Shown: positions 18,041 to 27,483, counted from the stretch's first letter. The stretch: 64,000 nucleotides of DNA from an uncultured Candidatus Saccharibacteria bacterium (GCA_964436255.1 CAYTBW010000004.1:2685-66684), one strand, 5' to 3'. Numbers and translations: made by a program. The notes: a model not told the origin generated them from the sequence alone.

Positions 18041-19026
18041 AGGGCTTTCCTCTTAACAGTGGCGTGGACTGACTTAACAATGGAATCTACCGTTAGGCCA
18101 TATTCTCGCCACAGCTCTGCGACTTTACCGGACTGCCCAAAGCGATCCTCGATGCCCACCCGGCTCAATGGGGCTGGCAACTTCTCCGCCAAGAGCTCTG
18201 CTACTGCACCGCCAAGTCCACCGATAACTTGCCCTTCCTCGACAGACACTACGGCGCCTGTCTTACGGATGCTTGCAAGGATAGTATCTTCGTCCAAAGG
18301 CTTAATGGTCGCTACATTTATCACTTCAGCACTGATGCCGTCTTTAGCAAGAACTTGGGCCGCCAATAATGCCTCGTGTAAGACTGGGCCGCAGCCTACC
18401 AGCGTTACGTCTTCACCTTCGTGCAGTACTTGAGCCTTACCTACCTCGAACGGAGATTCCTCAGTTGTTATAACTGCAGTTTTCTCCCTCGCAAGCCGGA
18501 TATAGACTGGCCTATTGAGCTTGGCGGCGGCCAGGGTAGCCTTACGAGCCTCATGAATGTCAGCAGGCACCACAACCATCATATTCGGAAGCACCCTCAT
18601 GAGGGCAATGTCTTCGAGCATTTGATGGGTTGCGCCGTCGGGACCAACCGACAAACCAGCGTGCGAACCAACCACCACAACCGGCTGATTATTGAGGGCA
18701 ATCGTAGTGCGAATCTGCTCCCAGTTCCTACCCGGAGAGAACGCTGCATAACTACTCACGAATGGCTTTTTGCCTACCGCAGCAAGTCCGCTTGCTACGG
18801 TAACAAGGTTTTGTTCGGCAATACCCACCTCCACAAAACGATCAGGAAACTCATTGTGAAATAGTTGCATCTGCGTAGACTCGGTTAAGTCTGCACAGAG
18901 TGCCACGACGGCACTATCAGCCTGGCCAGCGAGCAGCAACCCCTCTCCAAAACCACGGCGAGTTGGGGCATGTTCTACTCCTGAGGAAAACAAGTCCTTG
19001 TTCAAATGCTGAGACTCAACGATCAT
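18037..19026 (-). CDS. transketolase, C-terminal (pyrimidine-binding) subunit
   Basis: 329 aa. FVEVGIAEQN motif. Split-gene arrangement with 4-nt overlaps. Confidence 0.9.
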   Translation of the reverse strand: MIVESQHLNKDLFSSGVEHAPTRRGFGEGLLLAGQADSAVVALCADLTESTQMQLFHNEFPDRFVEVGIAEQNLVTVASGLAAVGKKPFVSSYAAFSPGRNWEQIRTTIALNNQPVVVVGSHAGLSVGPDGATHQMLEDIALMRVLPNMMVVVPADIHEARKATLAAAKLNRPVYIRLAREKTAVITTEESPFEVGKAQVLHEGEDVTLVGCGPVLHEALLAAQVLAKDGISAEVINVATIKPLDEDTILASIRKTGAVVSVEEGQVIGGLGGAVAELLAEKLPAPLSRVGIEDRFGQSGKVAELWREYGLTVDSIVKSVHATVKRKAL

Positions 19027-19895
19027 TCGTGTTCACTCCTAATCTGGCCATTAAGCGTTCGTAGCTTCTCAAGCGCTGCGCGATAATCACGCAGCTGAGT
19101 GGCCCGTTCTGTAGCCAAATCATAACCATGCCATCGGAAGTCATGCTCCATAAAATCAACTCCTTTACCAGGAATAGTATGAGCAATAATACACGTGGGT
19201 CGCTCATAAACAGCTTTGGCCTGATCACAAGCGGCAATAATCTCTTCCATATTGTGGCCATCTATCTCGATCACGTGCCAATTAAATGCCTGCCACTTCA
19301 TGGCAAGAGGCTCGAGCGGCATAACCTCCTCGGTAGGCCCGTCGATCTGGATATTGTTTCGATCAATAATGACAGTGAGGTTCGAAAGTCGCTGCTTACC
19401 AGCCAGCATTATTGCCTCCCAAATATTACCTTCATTCAATTCCCCGTCGCCAGTTAAGCAATAAACCCTCTGGCCTTTTCGTTGATCCATGCGTAGACCG
19501 ATCGCCATACCTACCGCCTGACTGAGCCCAGAGCCAAGCGGGCCACTGGTGGTTTCAAGCCCGGGCAAACGAAGACGCTCCGGGTGGCCCTGCAGACGAC
19601 TCCCAAAGCTACGGAGAGTCTTGAGTTCAGACTTTTGTAGATAGCCCGCTTCTGCCATAGTGGCGTACAGCACTGGAACAATGTGGCCGTTCGAAAGTAC
19701 AAGTCGATCTCGCTCGCTCCATTCAGGTTTTGCTGGATCATGCTTTAGGACCTCGAAATACAATGCCGTCAGAACATCCGCCATCCCAAGCGGCCCTGCA
19801 GTATGACCACTCCCTGCTGTAATAAGCATCTGAATGATATCCTGGCGAATGCCATTTGCTTTGAGCTCTAGCTCCTTAGTGCCAAGCCTACTCAT
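19023..19895 (-). CDS. transketolase, N-terminal (thiamine diphosphate-binding) subunit
   Basis: 290 aa. GHTAGPLG, GDGELNEGNIWEA. Confidence 0.9.
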   Translation of the reverse strand: MSRLGTKELELKANGIRQDIIQMLITAGSGHTAGPLGMADVLTALYFEVLKHDPAKPEWSERDRLVLSNGHIVPVLYATMAEAGYLQKSELKTLRSFGSRLQGHPERLRLPGLETTSGPLGSGLSQAVGMAIGLRMDQRKGQRVYCLTGDGELNEGNIWEAIMLAGKQRLSNLTVIIDRNNIQIDGPTEEVMPLEPLAMKWQAFNWHVIEIDGHNMEEIIAACDQAKAVYERPTCIIAHTIPGKGVDFMEHDFRWHGYDLATERATQLRDYRAALEKLRTLNGQIRSEHE

Positions 19896-20524
19896 CCCAA
19901 AACCTCCATTAGCTCCGAGTATCTGCTAAGCACGTCTTCGCAATCGAATAAATATGAGTTGGTATTTACCACATCAAATCCTGCCTTAGCAATTTTCGGC
20001 AGCGTCTCCAAGCTGACCCCTCCGTCGAGGCCAATCTCTAGCTTCGGCGCCAATTCGCGCAGCTGCTGTGCTTTCCTTAACACCCGAGGCTGCAAGGCCT
20101 GGCCTGCAAACCCAGCCGGATAAGCCATAACGAGTACATGGTCGACGCTATGGACAAGTTCAGGAGCTACGTCCCCAACCTGCGTAGATGGGTTGAGCGC
20201 AATGCCGACAGAAATTCCCTTTTCGCGAAGGAGACGAAGTGCATCTTCGATATTAACAGCATCCTCGTACTGGAGGATTGCCAAATGGGGCCTAAATACA
20301 ATTATTGCCTGCACATAATCCATTGGCCGATGCGACATTAAATGAATGTCACAATTCATGTCGCGGCGCGGTTCTATATCACCCAGACCCAGAGTCGGGT
20401 TGTCTGCGTATTCAGGGTCAACTAGGTCCAGCTGATAGCGATCAGTCAGCTGGCGAACCAAACGAATCTTCTGCTGATAGTCCTGGAGGTTCGATGACAA
20501 TATCGCGGGGATAACTTTAGCCAT
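19892..20524 (-). CDS. rpe: ribulose-phosphate 3-epimerase family protein
   Basis: Start taken at MAKVIPAILSS, which fits the Rpe N-terminus (track start at 20554 is 10 codons longer). TIM-barrel Rpe-like sequence with HLM and GLDGG elements. Confidence 0.7.
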   Translation of the reverse strand: MAKVIPAILSSNLQDYQQKIRLVRQLTDRYQLDLVDPEYADNPTLGLGDIEPRRDMNCDIHLMSHRPMDYVQAIIVFRPHLAILQYEDAVNIEDALRLLREKGISVGIALNPSTQVGDVAPELVHSVDHVLVMAYPAGFAGQALQPRVLRKAQQLRELAPKLEIGLDGGVSLETLPKIAKAGFDVVNTNSYLFDCEDVLSRYSELMEVLG

Positions 20525-20966
20525 TACTGCTCTCGATATCCTTAATTTCATCAATCCTACGCTGGTGTCGTACTCCCTCCGAAAACTCAGTCGACAACCA
20601 GGTGGTCACGATGCCCAGCATCTCTTCTTCACTTAGTTCGGCAGCAGGCAAACTCAGCACATTACTGTTATTGTCTCGGCGCGTCTCGTAAGCAATGTGC
20701 TCATTCCAGGCTACGGCCGCCCTTACCCCATCCACTTTATTTGCGGCGATCTCCATGCCTTGACCGCTATCGCACACCAGAACACCCATTGAACCCGCAT
20801 CCTCCACTACGGCTCGTGCGACCCTCTCTGCGAAAACTGGATAGTCATCTCCAGGGTTTAGCTGCTCTGGGCCCAAATCAACCACAGTGAACTTGCCAGC
20901 CAACTTGCTTGCAAGGTGCTGCTTCTTCACAAACCCGGCATGATCGGAGGCTAGGTAGACTTTCAT
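20517..20966 (-). CDS. rpiB: ribose-5-phosphate isomerase B
   Basis: 149 aa. MKVYLASDHAGF and VCDSGQGMEIAANK motifs. Confidence 0.88.
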   Translation of the reverse strand: MKVYLASDHAGFVKKQHLASKLAGKFTVVDLGPEQLNPGDDYPVFAERVARAVVEDAGSMGVLVCDSGQGMEIAANKVDGVRAAVAWNEHIAYETRRDNNSNVLSLPAAELSEEEMLGIVTTWLSTEFSEGVRHQRRIDEIKDIESSNG

Positions 20967-21982
20967 TACTTTTTTATGGAATTACCTGCTAATTCGACCA
21001 TTTCAACCAACCGATTCGAGTAGCCCCATTCGTTGTCATACCAAGCAACGACTTTGACCAAGTCTCCGCCCACTACATTGGTGAGTTTTGCATCAATAAT
21101 GGCCGAATGGGAGTTACCTTTGAAATCAACCGAAACAAGCTCATCCTGAGTGACCGAGATTATTCCCCTATGGCTTGTAGCTGCGGCGTGCGTCAAGATC
21201 TTGTTGACTTCATCCACGTCAGTTTTACGCTTTGCCACAAAGGTAATATCGCTCAACGAAACAACCGGGGAAGGCACGCGAATGCTCAGTCCGTCAAAGC
21301 GATCCTTTAGGCTGGGAACCGTCAGTGCAGCAGCAATAGCTGCACCAGTGGTAGTAGGGACGATATTCTGAGCGGCAGCACGAGCTTCACGTAAGTCTTT
21401 GGCTGGTCCGTCTTGAAGCATCTGGCTGGCAGTATACGAGTGCACGGTAGTCATGAGGGACTTAACTACGCCAAGTTCTTTTTCGAGCACAGCCATAACT
21501 GGCGCGATGCAGTTTGTGGTACAAGAGGCGTTAGAGATAATCTTATGATCTGACTTGAGTTGGTCCTCGTTAGCACCAATCACATATGTGTCTCCATGGG
21601 TGTCGTCCTTTTCAGGGGCCGAAAGCACTACCTTCTTGGCGCCAGCAGCCAAGTGGAGTTTTAGATCGTCATGCTTCGTGAACCGGCCCGTAGACTCGAT
21701 CACCACGTCAACATCGAGTGTCTCCCAAGGCAACTTATTGGGCTCTTTAATAGCTGCCACCTGGACCTTCTTGCCGCCAACGCTCAGAAAGCCCTCGCCC
21801 GCAACGACCTCGGCATGATACTCCCCGTAGCTACTATCATGGCGTAGTAAGTGCGCCAGGGTATTAGTGTCCGTAAGATCGTTAATCGCAACGACTTCTA
21901 GCGCCGGATTCGCCATCGCTAACTTAAACGCATTGCGCCCTATCCTGCCAAACCCATTTATAGCAACCCGTACGAGCGCCAT
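20966..21982 (-). CDS. gap: glyceraldehyde-3-phosphate dehydrogenase
   Basis: INGFGRIGR and SNASCTTNC active site. SD AAAGGAGGG upstream. Confidence 0.95.
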   Translation of the reverse strand: MALVRVAINGFGRIGRNAFKLAMANPALEVVAINDLTDTNTLAHLLRHDSSYGEYHAEVVAGEGFLSVGGKKVQVAAIKEPNKLPWETLDVDVVIESTGRFTKHDDLKLHLAAGAKKVVLSAPEKDDTHGDTYVIGANEDQLKSDHKIISNASCTTNCIAPVMAVLEKELGVVKSLMTTVHSYTASQMLQDGPAKDLREARAAAQNIVPTTTGAAIAAALTVPSLKDRFDGLSIRVPSPVVSLSDITFVAKRKTDVDEVNKILTHAAATSHRGIISVTQDELVSVDFKGNSHSAIIDAKLTNVVGGDLVKVVAWYDNEWGYSNRLVEMVELAGNSIKK

Positions 21983-22059
21983 CTTACCCTCCTTTAGTTC
22001 TCAATGCTTATGCTAACATTGTACCCTGTTGTAGGCAGGCTATCAATGAGACTTAAGCG

Positions 22060-22389
22060 CTAAAGCTTCGAATGTGGCTTACATACGTTGCCGGTGCAAT
22101 CTGCGCCATCGATAAGGGCTTCGATATCTTTGGCATCGTGCATGCCGCATAATGCCTGCTTTGTCTTAGTATTCACAAGTGCAGGAACGGCGGCAAAGCC
22201 ACCACAAGCTTCGCCGATAATGTCTTCGTACTCCATCATGAGCTTCTTGTTCTCTGCATTGTTCCAAACCTCTAGCTTGCGGATCTCGACATTCTTTTCC
22301 TTCTCCAATCCCTCGACAATCGGCCTAAGTGAAATGCAATGCGGACAAGTTTCCCCGTAAAACTCAATTATATGGTTAAGCTTCGTCAT
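22060..22389 (-). CDS. thioredoxin-fold protein (CPHC)
   Basis: 109 aa. FYGETCPHC redox motif. Confidence 0.7.
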   Translation of the reverse strand: MTKLNHIIEFYGETCPHCISLRPIVEGLEKEKNVEIRKLEVWNNAENKKLMMEYEDIIGEACGGFAAVPALVNTKTKQALCGMHDAKDIEALIDGADCTGNVCKPHSKL

Positions 22390-22834
22390 GTTTTGTATCC
22401 TCCTTGGTTATAAATAGCAGCCCTGCAAACAGAAATATCAGTGTAGAGCTTAGCGCGGACAACAGACAGTACTGGCACCAGGCCTGAATTATTACTCCTT
22501 GAATGTAAACGAGCCCTAGCGAACTAATAAAACCGACTGTCCCTCCGAGCAGTAATAGCCATTTGAGCCATAGCTTGCGAAGTTGTAAGTAATAGAGCGC
22601 GATAACCAACATGCCGATGTAGAAGATTACACCAAACAGTGCTAAGGGTACGCCAAAGACCTCCGAGTATTTGCTCGTCAGAACTTCCTCACAACCACCC
22701 GTTACCGAGCATGGCAACAGCTTGCCAGTATAGTGCTGCTGGGTCAAAAGCACGGCATCAAGAAGCCCAAGCGACGCCACTACAGCGATCAACCCTCCGA
22801 ATAATTTATTGCGCGAGAGCTTTTTCAATCGCAT
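22376..22834 (-). CDS. vitamin K epoxide reductase (VKOR) family membrane protein
   Basis: Four TM helices, loop cysteines CSVTGGC, active site CQYC. Confidence 0.8.
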   Translation of the reverse strand: MRLKKLSRNKLFGGLIAVVASLGLLDAVLLTQQHYTGKLLPCSVTGGCEEVLTSKYSEVFGVPLALFGVIFYIGMLVIALYYLQLRKLWLKWLLLLGGTVGFISSLGLVYIQGVIIQAWCQYCLLSALSSTLIFLFAGLLFITKEDTKHDEA

Positions 22835-23480
22835 TGGTTAAGTCGGTAATTGCATTGAGGTTCACGTACTCGCCGTTCACAAAGAAGCTTGGCGTGCCAG
22901 GCAGCTTCAAGTCCTCGCCCAGCTTCTTATCTTTTTCGACAATCGCTTTAACGTCTTTTGATTTCATGTCCTGCTTGAACTTTCCAACATCCAAGCCAAT
23001 TTGAGCGGCATAGGCTTCATATTTAGGCTGAGGATCTGCAATCTCGCTCCACTCGGCCTGCTTAGCGTAAAGCAAATCGTGCATCTCCCAGAACTTACCC
23101 TGCACAGCAGCGGCTTCAGCGGCGTAAGAAGAGCTTAGGGCATTTTTGTGGATCTCAGTTAGCGGTAGGTGCTTAAACACAAACTTTATTTTGTCACCAT
23201 ACTTAGGGAATAAGCTTTGCTTTAGGATCTCTTCCACATTGGCGCAAGCTGGGCACTGGAAATCTCCAAACTCAGTTACAACCACCTTAGAATCCAAATT
23301 CCCCTTACTGTTCCCTTGTTTCATTTGTTCCTTTTGCGAGTTTGTGGCGACTACTTTAGGCTTTTCGGTGCTATCCCCAGGCTTGCTATCATTACTTGGG
23401 TTCATGACTGCAAACACCACGAATAGTATTGCGCCGACGATGCCGAGAGTTACTAGGATTGGGCTAAGTTTCTTCTTCAT
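22806..23480 (-). CDS. DsbA-family thiol:disulfide oxidoreductase, membrane anchored
   Basis: N-terminal TM helix, then FGDFQCPAC. Confidence 0.8.
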   Translation of the reverse strand: MKKKLSPILVTLGIVGAILFVVFAVMNPSNDSKPGDSTEKPKVVATNSQKEQMKQGNSKGNLDSKVVVTEFGDFQCPACANVEEILKQSLFPKYGDKIKFVFKHLPLTEIHKNALSSSYAAEAAAVQGKFWEMHDLLYAKQAEWSEIADPQPKYEAYAAQIGLDVGKFKQDMKSKDVKAIVEKDKKLGEDLKLPGTPSFFVNGEYVNLNAITDLTNAIEKALAQ

Positions 23481-23523
23481 ACTTAGGATAATACCAGATT
23501 AGATGGCAAAAAAAAAGCTCGGA

Positions 23524-23697
23524 TTAACCGAGCTTCATCTTGGTTTCGGTGAACACCTCTACCTTGCGAGTCGCCTTGTCGAATTTCTTTAGAGAAATCT
23601 TATCAGGGCTGTTTGTCTTGTTCTTGCGAGTAAAGTACAGTGAGCCCGTCTTTGGGTTCTTCAGTACAATCAACTCACGTGCGGTCTTCTTTGCCAT
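23524..23697 (-). CDS. rpmG: 50S ribosomal protein L33
   Basis: Below the track's size cut-off. Manual translation gives MAKKTARELIVLKNPKTGSLYFTRKNKTNSPDKISLKKFDKATRKVEVFTETKMKLG (57 aa). Confidence 0.85.
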   Translation of the reverse strand: MAKKTARELIVLKNPKTGSLYFTRKNKTNSPDKISLKKFDKATRKVEVFTETKMKLG

Positions 23698-23794
23698 TTG
23701 TTGTTTTCCTAATTACTAATACTAAACAATTGGTTGTTATTCTATCAGAAAAACCCTTTCCAATCAAGGCTTAGGGACTACAAGCTGCACATGC

Positions 23795-23823
23795 TTGCTC
23801 AATCACATGGTCAATTGTAAAAT
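23795..23823 (+). promoter_or_regulatory. sigma70-like promoter TTGCTC-17-TAAAAT, overlapped by the inverted repeat CAATT-gtaa-AATTG
   Basis: TTGCTC 23795-23800, TAAAAT 23818-23823. Pattern only. Confidence 0.45.
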
Positions 23824-23865
23824 TGCGAACAGTACCCTACATGATCCAGCGGAAAGGCCACGCTC

Positions 23866-24525
23866 GTGGACCCAATCATCATTACCATTGACGGCGGAGC
23901 AGCAACCGGCACGTCTTCGTTGGCCAAAGCCCTGTCGAAGCATCTCGGCATCCCCTATATGAACACAGGCGAGCTCTACCGTGGCGTCGCCTTTCTTGCC
24001 CGTCAGCAAGGCCTGGACTTCGACTCTCCGGCGGCGATGGCTGCCATCGCCGAGATGATTGAGTTCGAGTTCCACGACGGCACGGTCATCGCACTGAACG
24101 GTCAACCCGTCAGCCAGGAAGACCTGCGCTCCGTCAGCGACATTGTGGAGCGTGTGTCGCCGCACCCGGACGTACGGAAGCACATCCAGGGCTGGCAAAC
24201 CCGCTTTGCCCAGACCAACAACTGCGTACTCGAAGGACGCGACCTGGGCAGCACCGTCTTCCCGAACGCCGCGTTCAAAGTCTTCCTGACCTGCGAGGAC
24301 ACAGAGCGGGCCAAGCGACGGTCGAACCATGAAGGACGCGTGGTGACCGTTGATGAGATCTTGAAGCGAGATCGAGCCGACGCCGAGCGGGACCACTCGC
24401 CCATGGTCTGCCCCGCAGAAGCACATCGCTTCGATACCACCCATACGAGCACGCCTGAGCTCGTGGGGATGGTGGAACGGCTGCTCATCGACATGCCAGG
24501 CGTCTGGGATCGGCTGAACAGCTAG
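23866..24525 (+). CDS. cytidylate kinase-like protein with a degenerate P-loop (GC-rich segment B)
   Basis: GTG start. ITIDGGAATGTSSLAKAL aligns to Cmk ITIDGPSGAGKGT, but the Walker-A Lys is Thr. GRDLGSTVFPNAAFKVFLT and RDRADAERDHSP align to Cmk core motifs. Hand count gives 62 G+C in 24001-24100. Confidence 0.75.
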   Translation: MDPIIITIDGGAATGTSSLAKALSKHLGIPYMNTGELYRGVAFLARQQGLDFDSPAAMAAIAEMIEFEFHDGTVIALNGQPVSQEDLRSVSDIVERVSPHPDVRKHIQGWQTRFAQTNNCVLEGRDLGSTVFPNAAFKVFLTCEDTERAKRRSNHEGRVVTVDEILKRDRADAERDHSPMVCPAEAHRFDTTHTSTPELVGMVERLLIDMPGVWDRLNS

Positions 24526-24539
24526 CGCGCGTACGCCCC

Positions 24540-24582
24540 GAGGCCCCTGCTAAAGATCACCGTGATCTTCTGCAGGGGCCTC
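24540..24582 (+). terminator. nested GC hairpin GAGGCCCCTGC...GCAGGGGCCTC enclosing AAGATCAC/GTGATCTT
   Basis: Outer 11-bp arms 24540-24550 and 24572-24582 are complementary. It starts 15 nt after the stop. Confidence 0.65.
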
Positions 24583-24598
24583 CCTCATTTATTTAATC

Positions 24599-25402
24599 CT
24601 ATATATCTAGTTCAATACTAACTGGGCAATGATCTGAGCCCATTACTTCCGGGTGGATGTCGGCAGCCAATACTTTGTCCTTCAGTGAAGAAGAGACCAA
24701 GAAATAATCAATACGCCAGCCTACGTTGTTGGCCCGTGCACCACCCCAATGCGACCACCATGTATAGAAACCATTGCCCTGATAGAACAAGCGCAATGTA
24801 TCTACAAACCCAGCATCTATGAAATTCTGGAAGCCCTCACGCTCTTCATCCGTAAAGCCCTTCTTGCCAATGTTTGGCTTTGGGCGAGCTAGGTCCTCTT
24901 CGGTATGCGCCACATTCAAATCCCCACAAAATACAACTGGCTTGGTCTTTTCTAGCTCCTGGCAATAATCCAAGAACGCCGGATCCCAATGCTTGTGCCT
25001 AAGTGGGATGCGAGACAGATCATCCTTAGCGTTCGGTGTATAAACTGTCACCAAGTAGAAGTCTTCGTACTCAGCTGTCATCACCCGGCCCTCCGCATTT
25101 GGATCCCCATACTGGTCCGCCATGTCATACTTAGCAATGATTGCTTCGGGTAGTCCATTAACAACACTCAGTGGATCGGTCTTTGAAAAGATTGCGGTAC
25201 CAGAGTAGCCAGGTCTCTCAGCAGAATTCCAGTGTTCATTATAGTCAGGTAAGTCAATCTCTACTTGCTCTCGCTTGGCCTTCGTTTCTTGCAAGCAAAG
25301 GATGTCCGGGGTGTTTTCTTCGATGAAAGGCATGAACGCGTCTTTGCGCAGCACGGCCCTAATCCCGTTCACGTTCCAAGAGAATATCTTGAGCCTAGCC
25401 AT
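24599..25402 (-). CDS. xth: exodeoxyribonuclease III
   Basis: [13 protein letters not shown] start and the ...GSDHCPV C-terminal motif. The track start is 5 codons longer. Confidence 0.9.
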   Translation of the reverse strand: MARLKIFSWNVNGIRAVLRKDAFMPFIEENTPDILCLQETKAKREQVEIDLPDYNEHWNSAERPGYSGTAIFSKTDPLSVVNGLPEAIIAKYDMADQYGDPNAEGRVMTAEYEDFYLVTVYTPNAKDDLSRIPLRHKHWDPAFLDYCQELEKTKPVVFCGDLNVAHTEEDLARPKPNIGKKGFTDEEREGFQNFIDAGFVDTLRLFYQGNGFYTWWSHWGGARANNVGWRIDYFLVSSSLKDKVLAADIHPEVMGSDHCPVSIELDI

Positions 25403-25652
25403 GTAGAGCACCCTCACTTATCAAAAGGTCTCGTTTCTTCTCTCTCCCACGGTTGTATTCGCCTGCTTTGCCGTCGGCTCGAATCACTCGATGACAGGGA
25501 ATATTCGGGTCATAGTTCTGGCTCAATATCGTACCAACCGCGCGTGCTGCCCCTGGACTACCAGCAGCCTTGGCGACGTCACCGTACGTCATGACCATGC
25601 CCTTCGGTATTTGACGCACCACTTCATAAACTTTGTCTCTAAATTCAGGCAT
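25395..25652 (-). CDS. MGMT-family protein (methylated-DNA-protein-cysteine methyltransferase DNA-binding domain only)
   Basis: 85 aa with a PCHRV active-site motif. Confidence 0.8.
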   Translation of the reverse strand: MPEFRDKVYEVVRQIPKGMVMTYGDVAKAAGSPGAARAVGTILSQNYDPNIPCHRVIRADGKAGEYNRGREKKRDLLISEGALHG

Positions 25653-25658
25653 AGCAAC

Positions 25659-26909
25659 CTAGGCAGATAATCGGCTTTCGATATCTCTAACTTCCGCAAT
25701 TGGCAGCATAAAAGTCTCAAACGCGCCGCTGCGGCTTACTACCTCGACCGAATCATGCTCTAAGGTTTTGCGCGAGATCACAATCTGCACCGGGCACCCG
25801 ATCAAATCAGCGTCGGCAAACTTAGCACCCGGGCTTACCTCCGCGCGATCATCAAACAGGCAGTTATTAGCCCCTAGCTGATTGTAGATCTTGGCGCCAG
25901 CGTCAATATTTGCTTCATCCGGCAATGCCACAATGTGGTATTTAAAAGGGGCTACGCTTTCAGGCCACACCAAGCCCTTGTCGTCGTGATGCTTTTCTGC
26001 AATTACCCCCATAACCCTACTGACCCCTATGCCGTAACAGCCCATAATCGCATGGTTCCTCTTACCCTCATTATCGGTATACGCCAAATCAAATGCTTTT
26101 GAGAATTTTTGACCTAAGTCAAATACATTGCCAACTTCCGCAGCTTTTGCCTCACTAAGCGTACCCTTACTGCATCTTGGGCAGCTATCGCTTGGCTTTA
26201 CCTCTGCAATCTCGTCCTCGACACAGAAGTCGCACTTGTCACAATAGTAAACTACGTCTTCGCCCGCATCAGTCAGGACCTCGAACTCGTAGGAAACTTT
26301 ATCTGTAAAATTACCGCCTGAAGCCTCGGTTACTTTTGCCTCTAGGCCAAGCTCCTTGAAAACCTCGATGTAAACATCCTTTGCCTTCTTATAATATGCC
26401 TCGAAATCTTCTTGGCTCGTATGAAAACTGTACATATCCTTCATAAGGAACTCCCGGCCGCGCATGATGCCAGATTTTGCCCTCAACTCATCTCGATATT
26501 TCCAGCCGATCTGATATACGGAAAGGGGCAGATTTCGATACGACTGCGCTCGAGTCAACACAAGTGGAGCAACTACTTCTTCTTCACTCTGGCCAAGAGC
26601 GTATTCGTTACCAGTCCGGCTGTTGATTTTGAACAACACATCGATGCTGTCCCAGCCGCCAGTGGTCTTCCAGATTGAGCTAGGGTGCAAGGTAGGCATT
26701 AGAACCTCCTGCGAACCAAGCTCGTTCATATGCTTTCGGACAACACCCTCGATCTTGCGAAGCGTAATAAGCCCGAGCGGCAGATAACTATATACTCCCG
26801 CCATAAGCTGGTCTACAAACCCTGCTCGAGTAAGCAGCTGAGCGTTGAGTGATTTTTCCTGGTCAGATATGTTCTTACTTGTTTGGGAGAATAATTGAGA
26901 ATACTTCAT
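25659..26909 (-). CDS. proS: prolyl-tRNA synthetase, minimal form without the INS editing domain
   Basis: Class II motifs (FRDE-like YRDELRAKSGIMRGREF, GCYGIGVSR). Only 416 aa. A CDKCDFC...CPRC cysteine cluster sits at the usual insertion point. Confidence 0.85.
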   Translation of the reverse strand: MKYSQLFSQTSKNISDQEKSLNAQLLTRAGFVDQLMAGVYSYLPLGLITLRKIEGVVRKHMNELGSQEVLMPTLHPSSIWKTTGGWDSIDVLFKINSRTGNEYALGQSEEEVVAPLVLTRAQSYRNLPLSVYQIGWKYRDELRAKSGIMRGREFLMKDMYSFHTSQEDFEAYYKKAKDVYIEVFKELGLEAKVTEASGGNFTDKVSYEFEVLTDAGEDVVYYCDKCDFCVEDEIAEVKPSDSCPRCSKGTLSEAKAAEVGNVFDLGQKFSKAFDLAYTDNEGKRNHAIMGCYGIGVSRVMGVIAEKHHDDKGLVWPESVAPFKYHIVALPDEANIDAGAKIYNQLGANNCLFDDRAEVSPGAKFADADLIGCPVQIVISRKTLEHDSVEVVSRSGAFETFMLPIAEVRDIESRLSA

Positions 26910-26958
26910 AGAACTATTATTCTACATTCGACCCCTTTACGCCAGAGCAATCCAGATA

Positions 26959-26986
26959 TCGACATATCCCACAAAAAGCTTATAAT
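26959..26986 (+). promoter_or_regulatory. promoter TCGACA-16-TATAAT with the -10 box 6 nt before the ATG (leaderless arrangement)
   Basis: TATAAT 26981-26986, then gtactt, then the ATG at 26993. Confidence 0.5.
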
Positions 26987-26992
26987 GTACTT

Positions 26993-27448
26993 ATGAAAAA
27001 GCATAAGAAGAATCCTCGCAAAAAAGCTAGTAAATATCATCTAGCGCAACTGCGACACCTGCGCAGAGTACGGGCTTTGTACGAACACAACGCGGCAACG
27101 GGCATTGCCCTCATTACTCCATTCGCCATCATTATAGCTATTAGCATCCTATACCGGCTTAGCTTGCCGGAATCTGACAGCCTAGCGCAGTTTTACGAAA
27201 TGTGGGTTTTCCAGCCTTTAGTGGTGGTTTTGTGGGCAGTGATATTCCCCCTCATAGCGCTCTTGATCAACCTAGGTTCAGTAGTGACTATCGTTAAAGA
27301 CCACCGCTACAACGGAAAAATCAGGCCAGAGCACTTACTCAGGGACCTGTGGCCCAGCCTTGGTATCGTGCTGTTTGTACTCATTGCCTTCACACTGGTT
27401 TTCGGTGGCGGACTCGAGAACATTGCCAACACGCTGCAGACGGTCTAA
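26993..27448 (+). CDS. hypothetical membrane protein (151 aa, about 4 TM)
   Basis: Basic N-terminus followed by hydrophobic helices. Sits upstream of the sensor kinase on the same strand. Confidence 0.55.
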   Translation: MKKHKKNPRKKASKYHLAQLRHLRRVRALYEHNAATGIALITPFAIIIAISILYRLSLPESDSLAQFYEMWVFQPLVVVLWAVIFPLIALLINLGSVVTIVKDHRYNGKIRPEHLLRDLWPSLGIVLFVLIAFTLVFGGGLENIANTLQTV

Positions 27449-27483
27449 GCATCACATGATACTACTTATGCTTAGGCTCAATA

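Noticed and set aside
23803-24494. Antisense ORFs (213 aa and 130 aa) opposite the cmk-like gene.
   Set aside because: These are shadow ORFs in GC-rich DNA. The plus-strand frame carries clear Cmk-family motifs.
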